DNA of 64,000 bases, from the NCBI RefSeq assembly GCF_006345805.1, contig NW_021833033.1, forward strand, positions 22,291-86,290. The letters run 5' to 3'. Positions 39,291 through 55,560 of this stretch are shown one piece after another. The position numbers and the translations under genes were made by a program. This DNA comes from Octopus sinensis. Taxonomy: Eukaryota. The notes under the pieces are model-generated. The model was not told where the DNA came from, ran no database searches, and saw only the letters and a program-made list of their open reading frames with translations. Numbering within the stretch: position 1 is the first letter of the stretch; the number at the start of each line of letters is the position of its first letter.

Positions 39291-39528
39291 CATTTCTTTA
39301 CTACCCGCAAGGGGCTACACACAGAGAGGACAATCAAGGACAGGCAAACGGATTAAGTCGATTACATCGACACCAGTGCGTAACTGGTACTTAATTTATC
39401 GACCCCAGAAGGATGAAAGGCAAAGTCGACCGCGGTGGAATTTGAACTCAGAACGTAACGGCAGATGAAATACCGCTTAGTATTTTGCCCGGCGTGCTAA
39501 CGTTTCTGCCAGCTTGCCACCTTAATAC
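39291..39528 (-). mobile_element. Full-length SINE family A with 13-bp TSD
   Basis: AGATAAATATAAC at 39278-39290 and 39529-39541; head and tail as in 337-568. Confidence 0.85.
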
Positions 39529-40789
39529 AGATAAATATAACACTAAATGTTAACTATAGAATAAGTCGCCTCAATCATGACGCATCCGTTGCTTAAAGAT
39601 TAATTCAAAGAATGAGATGATTTTCCCAAAGACTACTCCCAGACTTATGATTCTGAGATTAACATATTATAATGTATGCAAGAAGAGCTGTGGTATCTTT
39701 TGTTAATACCATATGGATTAAGAAAGAAGCATTGTTTCGTTCAATGCTATTACAGATTCGGAGAAAGTTTGAGAAAGTATTGAATTATATATTTTTGCAT
39801 TTAATCCAAATAATTCCCATGTTTAAAAAGCGGATTATACCGTGATGATGGCCTGTTAAGTCTTAAAAATCAAAGTAAACCACAAGCTGGTAACTTAAAA
39901 AAAGTAAACAACCTTATTGAATTATTCAATGAAATGAGATTTAAAGATCATAGTAGTCTGAAATAGTTTATATTTTTCTGAAATCACCTTAACCTTAGTT
40001 ATCAGCTTTACAAAAAAAAAAAAGGCAAGTTAAAATACACCAGTGCATTGACATTAAAGTGGACAGCTCGCCAGAAAGCAATACTGTGAAACATATTGGC
40101 ATATGTTTCTCCATAAAAAAAAAATTGTAGATGGTATAATTGGTAGACAAGCGGTATAATTACTTTTACCGTCTCTTTACATTGAAGGTTCAAATCTTGT
40201 AAAAAATCGATTATGTCTTTCATACTTCCGAAAAATCGAATTTATCGTATCCACTCCCCAAAATTTGTAACTTGTAAGTAATCAATATTTAATGTTGAGA
40301 ATATATCAGGTCAACATTTCAATAAAGGTACGAGGCTGATGGTGGTGGTGGTGGTGGTGGTAGTAGTAGTAGTAGTAGTGCATCTAGCTTAATGCCTTAA
40401 TAAATGTTATAATATCAAGGCTTAATACCTTGATACCAGATATTATGCCTGGTCTGGTTCTAATGCTTAGTATTAGACCAGGTCTAATCAACGATCGACA
40501 AGTCTTTTTAAAATGATAGGTTTTAATTAGAGTGCAATTTAGTTGAAATAGTAGCAGGGGAGTTCACATGTAATGCAGGGGCAGGGAAACTGTTTAGTAG
40601 AAGATTCAAATTACGGTGCATAAGAACCTGTGGAATGGGTCACACATGAGCTGAGGAAAAATAGGCATTTGAATTCTTCTGCAGAGCGTAGGCACTGGTT
40701 GACTATTTTACAGGGATACCATCTCAAGACTTTTCATGTAATACATCACGCTCAATATTTAGACTACTATAGAAGGCCGAGCGATATGT

Positions 40790-41140
40790 ATACCGGATAT
40801 TTCGTCTGTCTTTACGTTCTGAGTTCAAATTCTGCCGAGGTCGACTTTGCCTTTCATCCTTTCGCCGTCGATTAAATAAGTACCAGTTACGCACTGGGGT
40901 CGATATAATCGACTTAATCTGTTTGTTTGTCCTTGTTTGTCCCTTCTGTGTTTAGCCCCTTGTGGGTAGTAAAGAATTAGGTATTTCGTCTGTCTTTACG
41001 TTCTGTGTTCAAATTCCACCGAGGTCGAATTTGCCTTTCATCATTTCAGTGTCGATAAATTAAGTACCAGCTGCGTATCTAATTAAGTGGCTCCTCTCCC
41101 AAAAATTCGGTCCTAGTGCCTAGAGTAGAAAAGAATATTT
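40790..41140 (+). mobile_element. Nested SINE family A pair
   Basis: Two cores; the first copy's tail GGGTAGTAAAGAATTA runs into GGTATTTCG of the second. Confidence 0.75.
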
Positions 41141-41264
41141 ACACTAGTATGTTCGCAAACTGTTTTTACGAAATAACCATTTCGTAAAAACAGTTTGAGA
41201 ACATACTAGTGTAAGTATACTAGTGTAAAAGTTTATTTACAGAGTTATTTTATTTTAAGAACAT

Positions 41265-41625
41265 AAATATTCTTTTCTACACTAGGCTACACAAGGCCCG
41301 AAATTTTGGGGGAGGAGGCCAGTTGATTAAATTTACACCAGTACACAACTGGTACTTAATTATCGACCCTGAAAGGATGAAAGACAAAGTAGACCTTGGC
41401 GGAATTTGAACTCAGAACGTAGCGGCAGATGAAATACCTGTTTCTTTACTACCCACAAGGGGCTAAACACAGAGAGGACGAACAGGTACTTATTTAATCG
41501 ACCCCGAAAGGATGAAAGGCAAGTTGACTTCGGCGGAATTTGAAACATAGAACTTAAAGACAAACGAAATACCACTAAGAATTTCGCCCGGCGCGCTCAC
41601 GTTTCTGCTAGCTCGGCGCCTTCAG
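41265..41625 (-). mobile_element. Nested SINE family A pair
   Basis: Mirror arrangement of 40790-41140 on the minus strand. Confidence 0.75.
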
Positions 41626-41815
41626 AACATAAATATTACATCGAGTGCAAGAAAGAGTGGTATGTGTGGGTAGGTGCGTGCGCGAACGTCATATATATAT
41701 TCCTATATACATACATACATATATATATATATGTATAATATATATATATATATATATATGTTTGTTTGTTCCTTCTCGAGCAATATATTTATATATATTT
41801 ATATATATATATATA

Positions 41816-42365
41816 TTAATTAATAAGGGTGAGAGAATTAGATACTAATTTAATAGTATATCTATTCAACACCAAGTGGCCTAGTGCTCCGAGAAACCTG
41901 GATTATTATAATATTTTATAATATATATAATATTTTTACAAAATAAATATAAGAGAGTGGTCATTATATGGCTCACTCTAGCACTAGTTAATCCAAAGGT
42001 TTCAACCACAAAAATACATGTTTCCCATGAAAGTCAGTACGATTGTTAGCTCACACGGACAGGGCAAATAAAAATAACAAAAATACAGATTATTTTGGGA
42101 CAATTGTTTCGCTATTATGAATTAAATGTAATTTTACTTACAAAAAAATCCACTTGTAGCTCGTCAGCCAAAACTATCTGGATGAAATCCACTCAATCAC
42201 ACGCCAGATTTTACCATAACGATAAATACACGTGTGGTTCAATTGATTACATCCGACGTTATAATTCAAATGCCCCAACTAACAGCGCGCCAAACTTTCA
42301 CGGAAAACAAATACTGCTTTTAGAAATAAATGTAGCATAATTATAATTAATTAATAAGGGTGAGA
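41816..42365. repeat. Solitary copy of the ~531-bp unit with a ~22-bp terminal direct repeat
   Basis: Same sequence as the 11545 array; TTAATTAATAAGGGTGAGA at both ends (GGG at 41827 and 42358). Confidence 0.9.
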
Positions 42366-43051
42366 CAGACTGCCATTTTGACTTTTCATTTCTAATTCAA
42401 AGTGATAAATATTTAATACGCAATACGAGTATACCTTCTTAAATATTCTACGTGCTGTCATAAATAGAATTGAATTATGATTAGAAAAGCACTTCTTTGC
42501 ACCGTTTTTTGATTTCTACCATATTTATTTATCCCAGTAAGACAGGCTGCAGCTCAGGAAGTTCAGGAGCTCCATTTGAAAGGGCTCTATGATAAGTTTG
42601 CTTCCCAACCACATGGTACCGACTTCAGTCCCACCAGATAAGTCACACAGGCCCTACTTGTGTATATACATCCAGATGAGGCCTGTATGACACATGTAGA
42701 TATACCCATACCCTGATGTTATCTTAAAAAGTCCACCTCGGGGTTAACAAGTCCCAGTGCCTCGGGTAAGTTTAGGAGAGCAAGTAACTGTCAGATTAAA
42801 CTGTGAATAAACAGATCGAAAGCAACGAGGAAATTCTGATGTACTTTTCTCTTGGTTTTAGCATAGAGATCCATGATCGACGAAGGCTATGGGCTTTGCG
42901 CATTAATAGAGAGAGAGCATGTATCTACATATGTCTGTAATACAATTGTAAAACGGACTTTCCACACACTGATAATCTGGAATGTCTAATAATCTGTACT
43001 AGTTTACGAACAGGAACTTTAAATTCTCACAGCCGCCAGACTAGTCTAATT

Positions 43052-43345
43052 GTTTGTTCCTTCTCGACCCACGCCTGGCTCATAAGGGCAGGTTTCCCGG
43101 TTTCATTGGCGTATAGGTTCCCCATCTGGACGGGACGCCGGTCCGTTGCAGGTGAGCTGCAAGATGCAGGAGGGAAGAGTGAGAGAAAGTTGTGGCGAAA
43201 GAGTCAGCAGAAGTTCGCCATTACCTTCTACCGGAGCCGCGTGGAGCTTAGGCTCATAAAGACACACATCGCCCGGTCTGAGATTCGAACCCGCGATCCC
43301 TCGACCGTGAGTCCGCTGCTCTAACCACTAGGCCATGTTCCCCCA
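43052..43345 (-). mobile_element. SINE family C copy
   Basis: Reverse complement of the tRNA head (TGGCCTAGTGGTTAGAGC, GGTTCGAATCTC) and the GAGAGAAAGTTGTGGCGAAAGAG segment. Confidence 0.8.
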
Positions 43346-43744
43346 CAGACTAGTCTAATGGGCGGCTATGTCTCACAATACCTTGCACAGTACTGAATTA
43401 ATAAACTTGTATCTTTTATACCAACGAACGTATACCTGTAATTCATTTGATTATTTAAGTAAATTTAATATTTGCTTAATTTTGAAATGACCATTTTTGG
43501 TGCAGGAAAATCAGCCATCAGGAAGTGCTTTAGAACCAATGGTTCTTTGGCTCTTTAGGTTCTGTGTTCAAATTCCGCTCAGGTCGACATTGCCGTTCAT
43601 CCTTTCAGGAGTTGATAAAATAAGTGCCAGCTAACAATGGGGGCTATGTAATCAACTGGCTCCTTCCCTTCAAAATTACTGGTCTTGTATAAAATTAAGA
43701 AGAATTAATAATAACCAAGCATGTTGTTGCTGCCGCTGCTGCCG

Positions 43745-44050
43745 CTGCTGCTGCTGCTGTTGTTGTTGTTGTTGTTGTTAAGCAACAAGACGGGTGAGGG
43801 TGATTAGGTAATGATCTAGGGCTTAGGAGCGGGAGACCCCAGACGTTGGCGAAAAAACTTTGGTCGTCTTGTTGTAGTCAAGGGCTCTTCGTTGACGCCC
43901 GACACCGCTGGGAGGTGGCCCTCAAAGTCACTGGAAATGGAGATCTCCGGGTCCAAATTCTTGAACGGCTGTTGCCGCTGCTGATCGAAGAGATCCATGA
44001 CCAAAGACAATCTAGCCGTGATCATCTTGTCTAATTTTATCAGTATATCC
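43745..44050 (-). mobile_element. Retroposon 3' end with an (AAC)n tail
   Basis: Minus strand ends ..CACCCGTCTTGTTGCTTAACAACAAC; second copy at 54110-54390. Confidence 0.6.
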
Positions 44051-45561
44051 ACGCTATTTTAAAAGTGTGTTCTTTCCTTATGGCAGATAATAATGTCGTG
44101 ATTGTAGTGTCTCCCTTGGTACAATCCACTAAGCCAAGGTGTGGGAAATGAATTCACACTATAATTCGATTTCAAAACTTGACATCAAGAATACAACACA
44201 CATTCAAGCAATTCTTGTTTTTCTGGCCGCCAGTTTTTTTCTAAATATCCTTGTTATATTGAATGCACTGCAATGTCATAAAATTATTAATTATTTTTGT
44301 ATTTTAAATATTAGTAAAAATGAATTAAAAAAATTTTCAATAGACAGTTAAATTTTATCACAAAACCAAAAACAAAAGCGAACCATTTGACTCTGCGAAC
44401 ATCAAATGCTCATCACCCACCTAAACATTTTGACCAAAATCGTCGTGGTGGTCGTAAAATGGAGGGGCCTTCAAAGAAGTTTTTGTCTATGATCAGACAA
44501 GTAGTTTCACGTAATATTTCGTCACGAAACTGAAGCCATTTTGACAGTGAGCATTTCTTTTGAAAGGTGTGATGAGAACGTATCTTGTATATTGATCAAG
44601 TGATTGCTATAGTGTTATAATATTTATTATTTTCGATTTTGAAAAAAAAATTATTTATCAAAGAATGTTATTGAAATTATGTTTGACATAATGAAACATC
44701 AGGCAAAGTATAATTAACCTAAGGTTTCATGTTGTCACAAATAGTTTCTTTTGATATTATTAATTATTGGGACATAAAAAACATCTTGTTTTTTTCAACT
44801 AATGTCTGGATTGACCTCTCCTCGCAGTACACGAATTCATCATATTTTAAAACTAGTATGTGAATCGGAGGAAGAAAAAAAATCGGAAATATAAATCTAA
44901 TCCAAAAATTAAGCGGAACCAACGAAATTTAACGTCTTAAAGTTTACAAATTTACAAATCTATCTTCTTTAATTTTACCAATTCATAAGAATGTTTTTAG
45001 TAAGTTTATTGACCAAATAGTTACAATAGTTTAAATACCACACAGAATGCCACAAAGTATAATGTTTTGCATTTAATAAAAAAACGTAACCACGTTATAT
45101 CTTAATATCAAGTTTGTTTCTGCCTTATTAGACGGAACAAATAATGCGGCATGTTTCTACTTTGATAGACGGAACAAATAATACGGTATTTCTTAAATTG
45201 TACATTCGTCATCCAGATTATTATGTCAAGAAATAATATGGCTCTTTGCTAATTTTAAATCTTAAGAAAAATTCTTCCGAGTCGTAGGAAAGAGTGGCAC
45301 GTGATCACACAAAAGTATGTATTTTTGATACGTGAGCAAGTGAAAAATAGTCCTGTTAGCCTACTAAACGCTTGCTCAGTGGAACTATTTACGTTACATG
45401 CGGGTATTTCTACGCACAGATAAAGCTGTAGGACGGGAACGTGAAACTCTGTGTTACAGCTTTTGTTATATTTCTGCTGCTTTTAAACAAAGCATATTAC
45501 TCAACCTCTGGTATTTGAGTACTCTTTTTTCTACATTGTTTCACATTTATGTGCTTACTCC

Positions 45562-45598
<37 letters not shown>

Positions 45599-46071
45599 CA
45601 ATTATATCGATATAGCAATTATATCATTAAAAAAAATATTAATATCATTAAGAATGATGACAACGTATTTTTACTTGAATTCTCAATAAATTTTAAACTC
45701 ATAATTTTCAAATGAAAATTACCTGCCTTCAATTAAATTTGAATACTTGTACAAAAAAAATTAATGGATGAAGATGTAAGCATTATTTTTCTTTCTTTGC
45801 TGAACTGCATGTTTATTCTTGCTGTCGGGAAATCTAAACATTTAACCATTTGGAAGACTTGATATTTTGCCTTGTGCTTATAGTAGAAAGGATATTTCTA
45901 GACTGAGCAACCATATATAGTTTCCCACGTTGTCAGATGTTTTGTTTGTATTTGTTAAAAACCATATGATTTTCGTTGCTTATGTTTAAACTAAGGCTAA
46001 ACACCACCGAGTAGAACTGTGATCAGAAACATTCTAATCCTGATATTGGGGTGGTCGTATACCTTAAATAT

Positions 46072-46240
46072 TGGTTTCAAGTTTTGGCTCGAAGTCAGAA
46101 ATTTTGAGGAATGGGTACGTTCGATTACTTCGACGCCAGTGCTCAGCTAGTACTTATTTGATCAACCTCAAAAGGGTGACGAGTAAAGTCGACCGCTAGG
46201 CATTTTGCTCGGGGTGCTAACCATTCTGCCGGTTCATCGC
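46072..46240 (-). mobile_element. Diverged SINE family A copy
   Basis: TAAAGTCGACC core remnant plus head remnant. Confidence 0.55.
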
Positions 46241-47104
46241 CTTAGGTATACCTTTAATATTATCAAGTATGTAACTATTACCAATGCCACACACTTAACA
46301 TACGAGTATTGTTCAAACGCCAAATGCAGCGGTTTTTCGAACCGAAAATATTTCATAAAAGATGGGGTAGTGTTAGGAAGCATAATATACATCAAAGCTA
46401 AGCGAAAAGAAATTGCCCTATGAGTGATCGCGTAAGTGGCAAATGCCGTATTTCGTCGTAATTTCGACTTCGATCTCGTAATCACTTCTGGTGTGATTTT
46501 CTTTCACCCAGCTCTAAAGTATATTGTACTTTTTAACACTATACATATTTAAGGCGATTTTTCCTGCACCAACAAGCGCAGCTTATGTCGTTTAAGAGTG
46601 TAGTATTGGTAATATTTTTTTATTATAGAGCTGTTTCTATTGTATTAACTGAATTTACTACCAAATGTGCCCTTCTTATTTTATAGCAGTTTAGCGCGAT
46701 TTTAGAAAATGTGGTAGTCATTTCTACCAGGCTGATAGTCCTTTGCCGTGGCTTACGTATTGTCTGGAAGTATTATAGATGGTCACTTGTAAACAACTTG
46801 TTTGCTTCATAAAAAACGCTATCGGCTTTTTTGTGAGTTCGCTAGGGGTTGTTTGCTTGTTTTTTTTTGTTTTTTTTGTTTTTCATTTCTTCCAAACTCC
46901 TTCTCCATTGTGATTACACCAGAATCATTTATCCTAATTTTTTTTCTCCTCTTTCTTCATTTTCGACGATTTCCTTTTTCTTCCCCCCTTTTAAATGTTT
47001 TTTTTTATGTTATATTTGAGTGTCGTGAATCGATTTTTACTCAGAATAGATTGGGATATGATCAATTCTATCATTATATTATATATCTCTTAAAGGTGTT
47101 TATT

Positions 47105-48815
<1,711 letters not shown>

Positions 48816-50307
48816 ACACCTTATTATCCTTGTAGCTTCCTTAAGTGGTTTCACCTCTCAAGATCCTTTATTGACTTTGACGTATATCTGGGTTTGCTTT
48901 ATGTCTTATTTTTAAAGCTATGGAAAGATAACTTTATTTTATTGTCTCTTTTCTTCTAACTTCCATCCTTCTCATAAACTCGATTTTCCTCTGCTTCTTG
49001 TATAGACATATTTTTTTTCTTCTCTTTGTTTCCTGACAGTTATACAGCTTTTACATACATGTTTTATAATAGCGTTTTTGTCTATGTCTGGACATTTTTA
49101 TTTCCCTAGTTTATCCATTTAAACATAAAGCTTCTGATATTCGCTTATTCGTTGGCATATAAATGTAATATTTCCTCTGTTTATCCTTCTCCTTATGTGA
49201 TATATTTGTTTTTAAGGCTTTGTTTGGCTTCTTATATGTAATACGGCAACTCATTTATCCAAAGACCATCTTTAAATTTATTTATGCGTTCATTTGTTTT
49301 GTTTCTATTTGTTTTTCTTCCGTGCTCTTTTATTAAGTGACATGTTTCTGTGATACCATTTTCACGTCAGCATTGGTTCGAGGTTTTCCATTGATGATGT
49401 AATAATATCAACACTCGGCGTTCCGGGCATTGAGTGTGTCAATATCTAACTATTTATTACCGTTATTAACATGAATAAGAGAAGGCTGCAATAGAATGAC
49501 ATGATAGCGCGTCCCATATGAGGCCTTGCGGTTTTACTTTCGGCTGCTCTAAGTTCAAATCCCGAGTATCAATAAACAACATAATAAAAACATGAATGGA
49601 CCGAAATGAAAGAGCGTTGGACGAGGTATCTTATAGTGTTCTAACTTTTTTGTGTGCGACATAAGTTCAAATTCCAATCCCCGTTATCAGCTTCCTCCTG
49701 GCGGATGTCAGTTATGAAGCATGTCATTGGCTAACGGAGATGTGATCCGAATATCCTTTCTGCTATAAGCAGAGTACCTGAAATGTATGGGATTTCATCG
49801 CACCCCAATGCTCAATTGATACTTGTTTTATCGACCCTGAAAAGATGAAAGGCAAAGTGGAACCTCGGCGACATTTGAACTCAGAACGTAATGTCGGAAG
49901 AAATGCCACTAATCATTTTGTCCAGCATGATAACGACTCAGCCAGCTTGTCGTCTTGATGCGACCCTAATATCACACAGAGCGAGATATCGATTGATGCA
50001 GTATCTCCGATGCATCACTCAGGGCAAACGTGCTCTGAAAACGCCGGCATAAACACTAGTATTGAACGCTAAAAACTACCTTATTCCATAGAAATGGAAT
50101 GGGAAAGCGAATAGGGAGTCGAATAACACGTAAAATGCGTTTATTTACCCTTACATTCAGAGTTCAAGATCCCTTGTATTCAAATTTGTCTGTTTTCAAT
50201 CGACATTTGATGAAATTGTGGTTGACTTATTCCGTTATAGACCACGCGACATGTTAGTAACAACGACTATTTCTGTTGTTTTATTATTATTATTCTGTAC
50301 TTACATA

Positions 50308-50478
50308 GGCGCAGGAGTGGCTGTGTGGTAAGTACCTTGTTTACCAACCACATGGTTCCGAGTTCAGTCCCACTGCGTGGCACCTTGGGCAAGTGTCTTC
50401 TACTATAGTCTCGGGCCGACCAAAGCCTTGTGAGTGGATTTGGTAGACGGAAACTGAAAGAAGCCCGTCGTATATATG

Positions 50479-50517
<39 letters not shown>

Positions 50518-50730
50518 TTGTGCGTCTGTGTCTGTCCCCCTAGCATTGCTTGACAACTGATGCTGGTGTGTTTATGTCCCCGTTACTTAGCGGTTCGGCA
50601 AAAGAGACCGATAGAATAAGTACTGGGCTTACAAAAAAAGAATAAGTCCCGGGGTCGAGTTGCTCGATTAAAGGCGGTGCTCCAGTCTGGCCGCAGTCAA
50701 ATGACTGAAACAAGTAAAAGAGAGTAAAAA
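50308..50730 (+). mobile_element. Full-length SINE family B
   Basis: GGCGCAGGAGTGGCTGTGTGGTAAG head, internal (TA)/(TG) tract, end CAGTCAAATGACTGAAACAAGTAAAAGAG. Confidence 0.9.
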
Positions 50731-51154
50731 AGAGAGTAACATCCATCTGTAGCTGAGAATATATATTCGTTGTCTTGTCACGACTTTTACGAAGCTGTCT
50801 TCGTGATTTTTCGTGTCATCATCGACCTCGTTTATATTTTTGTTAATTTTTTTTTTACTTCAAGTCCTTTTCGTGTGTGTTGACACACTCTTTGTGTTTA
50901 TGAATTTTTTCGGGTCTAGAGTTTTCTGTTTTTTGAATAGTTCTTCTACTACATTTGTGATCATCTCTGGTAAGTTCTTCTCTTTATCGTATGACATCTC
51001 AGCTTCTTCACGTGTAGTCCGTGATGCTGTGCTACTTCCAAGAACATATTTATAACATATTGCTTTGTGTCTCCATTTGATCCTTGCTTGTTACATTTTC
51101 AGCGTCATTTTCCTTTGTTTGACTTGACTGTATCCATTTCTTGTTTATTATAAA

Positions 51155-51543
51155 CTAGCAGTATCGCCCGGCGTTGCTCGGGTTTGTAAGGGAAATAACT
51201 ATATAGCATTTTCAGAGAGTTATAGCCAAAAGATAGCAAAAAATGCATTAAAAATGGAAAAAATATGATGGTAAATTTTTTTTTAAATCGTTGACTCATC
51301 GTAGACATTTTTAGAGAGTTACTTCCCTTTAAAAAAAATATGCATTAAAATGGAAAAAATGATGGTAAATTATTTTTAAAATCGTAGACTCATCGTAGAC
51401 GCGCGCTAGTACCCAGAAGGGCTCGATATGAATCACGACTATAAGATACCCGGTTTTGGTTAAACTGCACCGCAAAATGTGGGAGTAGTTAGGAATCTAA
51501 ATCGGAGTAGACAGACACACAACCTTACTTTTATATATAAAGA
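51155..51543 (-). mobile_element. Non-autonomous Helitron-like element
   Basis: Minus strand A|TCTTTATATATAAAAG ... CCCGAGCAACGCCGGGCGATACTG-CTAG|T. Confidence 0.85.
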
Positions 51544-52654
51544 TTTCCATACCTTTGCTAATATATTTGCAGGAAGTATTTTTTTTTTCTCGTGCAGCTT
51601 TGGTTTTCCTCCTTCACATCTCGGAGCCTACTTAATGATACTTGAATGCGTTGAGAGAATTATAACCGTGTACCATGCATCCAAGACTTTTATATATTTG
51701 GGGAATCATTTCTTTCCGTGCATTAAGTCTTTTTATATTATTTTGACAGGTGCTAATCGTAAAAAGTGGACCCTTTTGAGAAAGAAGGGTTAAACCTCTT
51801 TGAAGTTTATATCACGCGTGCTTTATAACATATTGCTTTAACAACATACTACAGCATACTCATAAATCTTTGCCCGGCAGGTAGTGTTTCACCTACTATT
51901 TGTATTATCCGTCATGTTTCTCTTTATTTACACTTACTGGTCTACTGTCTTACAATTGCATACTACGATTTGTTATTGTAAGCAATATTTTTGTGTGTAA
52001 TCAAGACAAGGAAGATAGCAAATAATGATTAGTTATACTCACTAGATGGATGGGGAGATTGAATACCATCAAAATCTAATTATTTTCTAAATTTTGTTCC
52101 TAGATTCAGTAATGTTATTCAATATTTTTGTCTTCTGAAGGAGCGCCACGTTTCGCTTATATTTGCTGTCCTTTATCTTGGAGCTATTTTCCTCTTCTTC
52201 TACTGCATCCCCACCCCTTTTCTTCTTCAGATTCTTCCACCGACGAACAGCTTTCAAAGTGGGAAGGTATGGCTGTCAGAGATGTGTTGTATTGGTAGTA
52301 AACACGTTTAGTAGCCAGTAGTTTTGAGTGGGGCTCTTGGTGTTTTGTTTGTTTTAGAGAATTAATATTGTTTCCCTTGTAGAAAGCAGTTCGATGTTGA
52401 TTCTGTTCTCTTTAGTAATTCGTCGTCTGTTTCATGTAAAGTATTTAAATATTTTAACTAGAAATTGGAAACTTTATCAACTCAAAGACATTTATTCCTA
52501 TTGTCCTCGTTCTTTATTTCATTAGTAAATTACTTTGGATAATATTTGCATCATTGCATTGTTTCATCAATTAATGTACTTATCCGTTGTGATCCTTAAA
52601 TGTGCTGTGTAAGTTCGTTTATTATTTTTATTTCACAACATAGGTACAGTCATG

Positions 52655-52877
52655 GCTGTCTGGTTATGAAGCTCGCTTTGCAGCCACGAGGTTTCACGGT
52701 TCAGTCCAAGCGCAGGAGTGGCTGTGTGGTAAGTAGCTTGCTAAACAACCACATGGTTCCGGGTTCAGTCCCACTGCGTGGCATCTTGGGCAAGTGTCTT
52801 CTGCTATAGACCCGGGCCGAATAATGCCTTGTGAGTGGATTTGGTAGACGGAAACTGAAAGAAGCCTGTAGTATATA

Positions 52878-52931
<54 letters not shown>

Positions 52932-53116
52932 TTGTGTGTCTGTGTTTGTCCTCCTAGCATTGCTTGACAACCGATACTGGTGTGTTTACGTCCCCGTCAC
53001 TTAGCGGTTCGGCAAAGAATAAGTACTGGGCTTACAAAGAATAAGTCCCGGGGTCGATTTGCTCGACTAAAGGCAGTGCTCCAGCATGGCCGCAGTCAAA
53101 TGACTGAAACAAGTAA
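52655..53116 (+). mobile_element. Full-length SINE family B preceded by a second head fragment
   Basis: Near-identical to 50308-50730 from ~52710. Confidence 0.85.
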
Positions 53117-53209
53117 CTGCACGACAACTTGGGCAAGTGTCTTCTAATATATAGATTTAAGCTCATCATTAAGTCGTGAATTTGTTAAACGGAAACAGTA
53201 TAGAAACCG

Positions 53210-53253
<44 letters not shown>

Positions 53254-53421
53254 TTCATATTATTAAGCAATTCAGTAGTAAAATACATTATCCATATTAA
53301 ATACAAAAATTTAAATATACTATAATATATATTATTCAAAATGAATAATATCATGAAATTTTATTTAGAATTGCTAAAATTTAATTTTTGCCTGTAAGTT
53401 TGGAATTATATTCCCTACTAT

Positions 53422-53478
<57 letters not shown>

Positions 53479-54109
53479 ATATATATATATATATAATATA
53501 TATATAATTTATTTATTTATTTATTTATTTATTTATAATGTATGTATGCATGTATATATATATGTATGTACATACACATAAGCTGTCGTATATATAGATA
53601 GACAGATATAGTCTAATAAGCGGTAACTCAAGAAACTCTCGGCCTTTGAGTCATGTTATTTCTACCAAATAATATGTGTGTGTTTGTGTGTGTGTATGTG
53701 TGTGTTTGTGCGTGTGTGTTTGTGCGTGTGTGTGTGCGCGCATGAGAAAAAGAGAAAGAAGAAAAGAAAGAAAGAAAGAAAGAAAGAAAGAGAGTTTATT
53801 TATGTCTATGTTTGTAATTGGCCCTCTACGGCTTGACAACCGGTGTTTGGTCATTTACGTCCGTGTAAAAACCTAGCGGTTCAGCAAAAGAGACCCGATA
53901 GGATATGTAAGAGACTTTTAAAAGCATATAATTACTGAGGCCGATTTGTTTATCTAAATCATTCAAGGTGATAAACCCAGCATGGTCGCAATACAATGAT
54001 CGAAAAAGGAAGAACAATTAAAAGAACTTGTTTGAAGTATTTTTCATCAAATTTTTAAGTAATTCAGTTTGATGTTGTTGCTAATGTTATTGTCGTTGTT
54101 ATCGTTACT

Positions 54110-54390
54110 GTTGTAGTAGTTGTTGTTGCTGCTGTTGTTGTTGCTGTTGCTGCTGCTGCTGTTGTTTTGTTGTTGTTGTTGTTGTGGTTGTTAAGCAACA
54201 AGACGGGTAAGGGTGATAAGGTGATGGTCTAGGGCTTAGGGGCGGGAGACCCCAGACCTTGGAAGAAAAAAAAAACTTTGGTCGTCTTGTTGTAGTCGAG
54301 GGCTCTTCGTTGACGCCTGACACCACTGGGAGGTGGCCCCCGAAGTCGCTGGAAATGGAGATCTCCAGGTTCAAATTCTTGAACGCCTGC
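54110..54390 (-). mobile_element. Retroposon 3' end with an (AAC)n tail, second copy
   Basis: Homologous to 43745-44050; flanked by GTT/GCT repeats on both sides. Confidence 0.6.
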
Positions 54391-55144
54391 TGCTGCTGCT
54401 GTTGCTATTGTTGTTGTTGTGGTTGATGTTCTTGTTGCTGTTAGTCATCTTCACATCTAGGTAGGTATGATTGGTTAGTATTTTCTCAACATGGATTTAT
54501 TCTAGCAAAAGCAATGCTCGCGTTTTTCAAATAATTTTATCCGTCGTAACATTACCGGAATGGGATATTTTAGTATTTCTCATTTCAGTTTCATATATTT
54601 CCTTTTTTAATATTTGAGTTTTATTCCGTATTTTCATCTGAGACATCAGATATCCTATTTCGCTATGTAAAGTTAATTACATGTGACGACCTCTGGTAAT
54701 GGCCGCAAATAGAAGGGAGGTAACTATCTGCTTACAACATTAGAAATTTGAATTGGAAATTGAGGAGTGCGAAGAAGACATACAAAATTCGCGTATCTAA
54801 TTTTTATCACCTATTGCGAATTCTTACAATTTCTAGTTGGTGGTAATCATGTATACCTCAATTTTATTCTTTTTAGAGATTTTCAACATCACGTCGCTGT
54901 TTGGTCAATTTGGTAGAAATAATTGTATAGCAGCCAGTATGCTCGAAATGATGAGTAGATAGACAGCCGACAACTGATGAAGGGTCCTTTATCTGTGTTA
55001 ACTTGTCCTGTTCTTTTTCTCGCTGTTTACGTAATTTACTCGTTTATGTCCTATAATTACTTTCCACGTCTTGTATCTATCTCTCGTGTGTATGTTATTT
55101 GCACCGTTGATGACGTCTTGTACACATATATGCATGTATGTATG

Positions 55145-55455
55145 TATATATATATATCACCGTGACCGACCAGGCTATCAGATGTTGCAACACATCGCTG
55201 GTCACCATGCACTTTGCATTGTTAAACCTTCAAATGATGCCACCCTGCTGGCTAAGCGAGCAGGCCAATAGAGGAAAGAGTGAGAGAAAGTTGTGGCGAA
55301 AGAGTACAGCAGGGATCGCCACAACCCCCTGCCGGAGCCCCGTGGATCTTTTAGGTGTTTTCGCTCAATAAACACTCACAACACCCGGTCTGGGAATCTA
55401 AACCGCGATCCTACGACCGCGAGTCCGCTGTCCTAACCACTGGCCATTGCGCCTC
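55145..55455 (-). mobile_element. SINE family C copy
   Basis: Reverse complement of the head TGGCCCAGTGGTTAGG-like and the core GAGCGAAAACACCTAAA. Confidence 0.8.
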
Positions 55456-55458
55456 TAC

Positions 55459-55515
<57 letters not shown>

Positions 55516-55522
55516 ATATATG

Positions 55523-55560
<38 letters not shown>

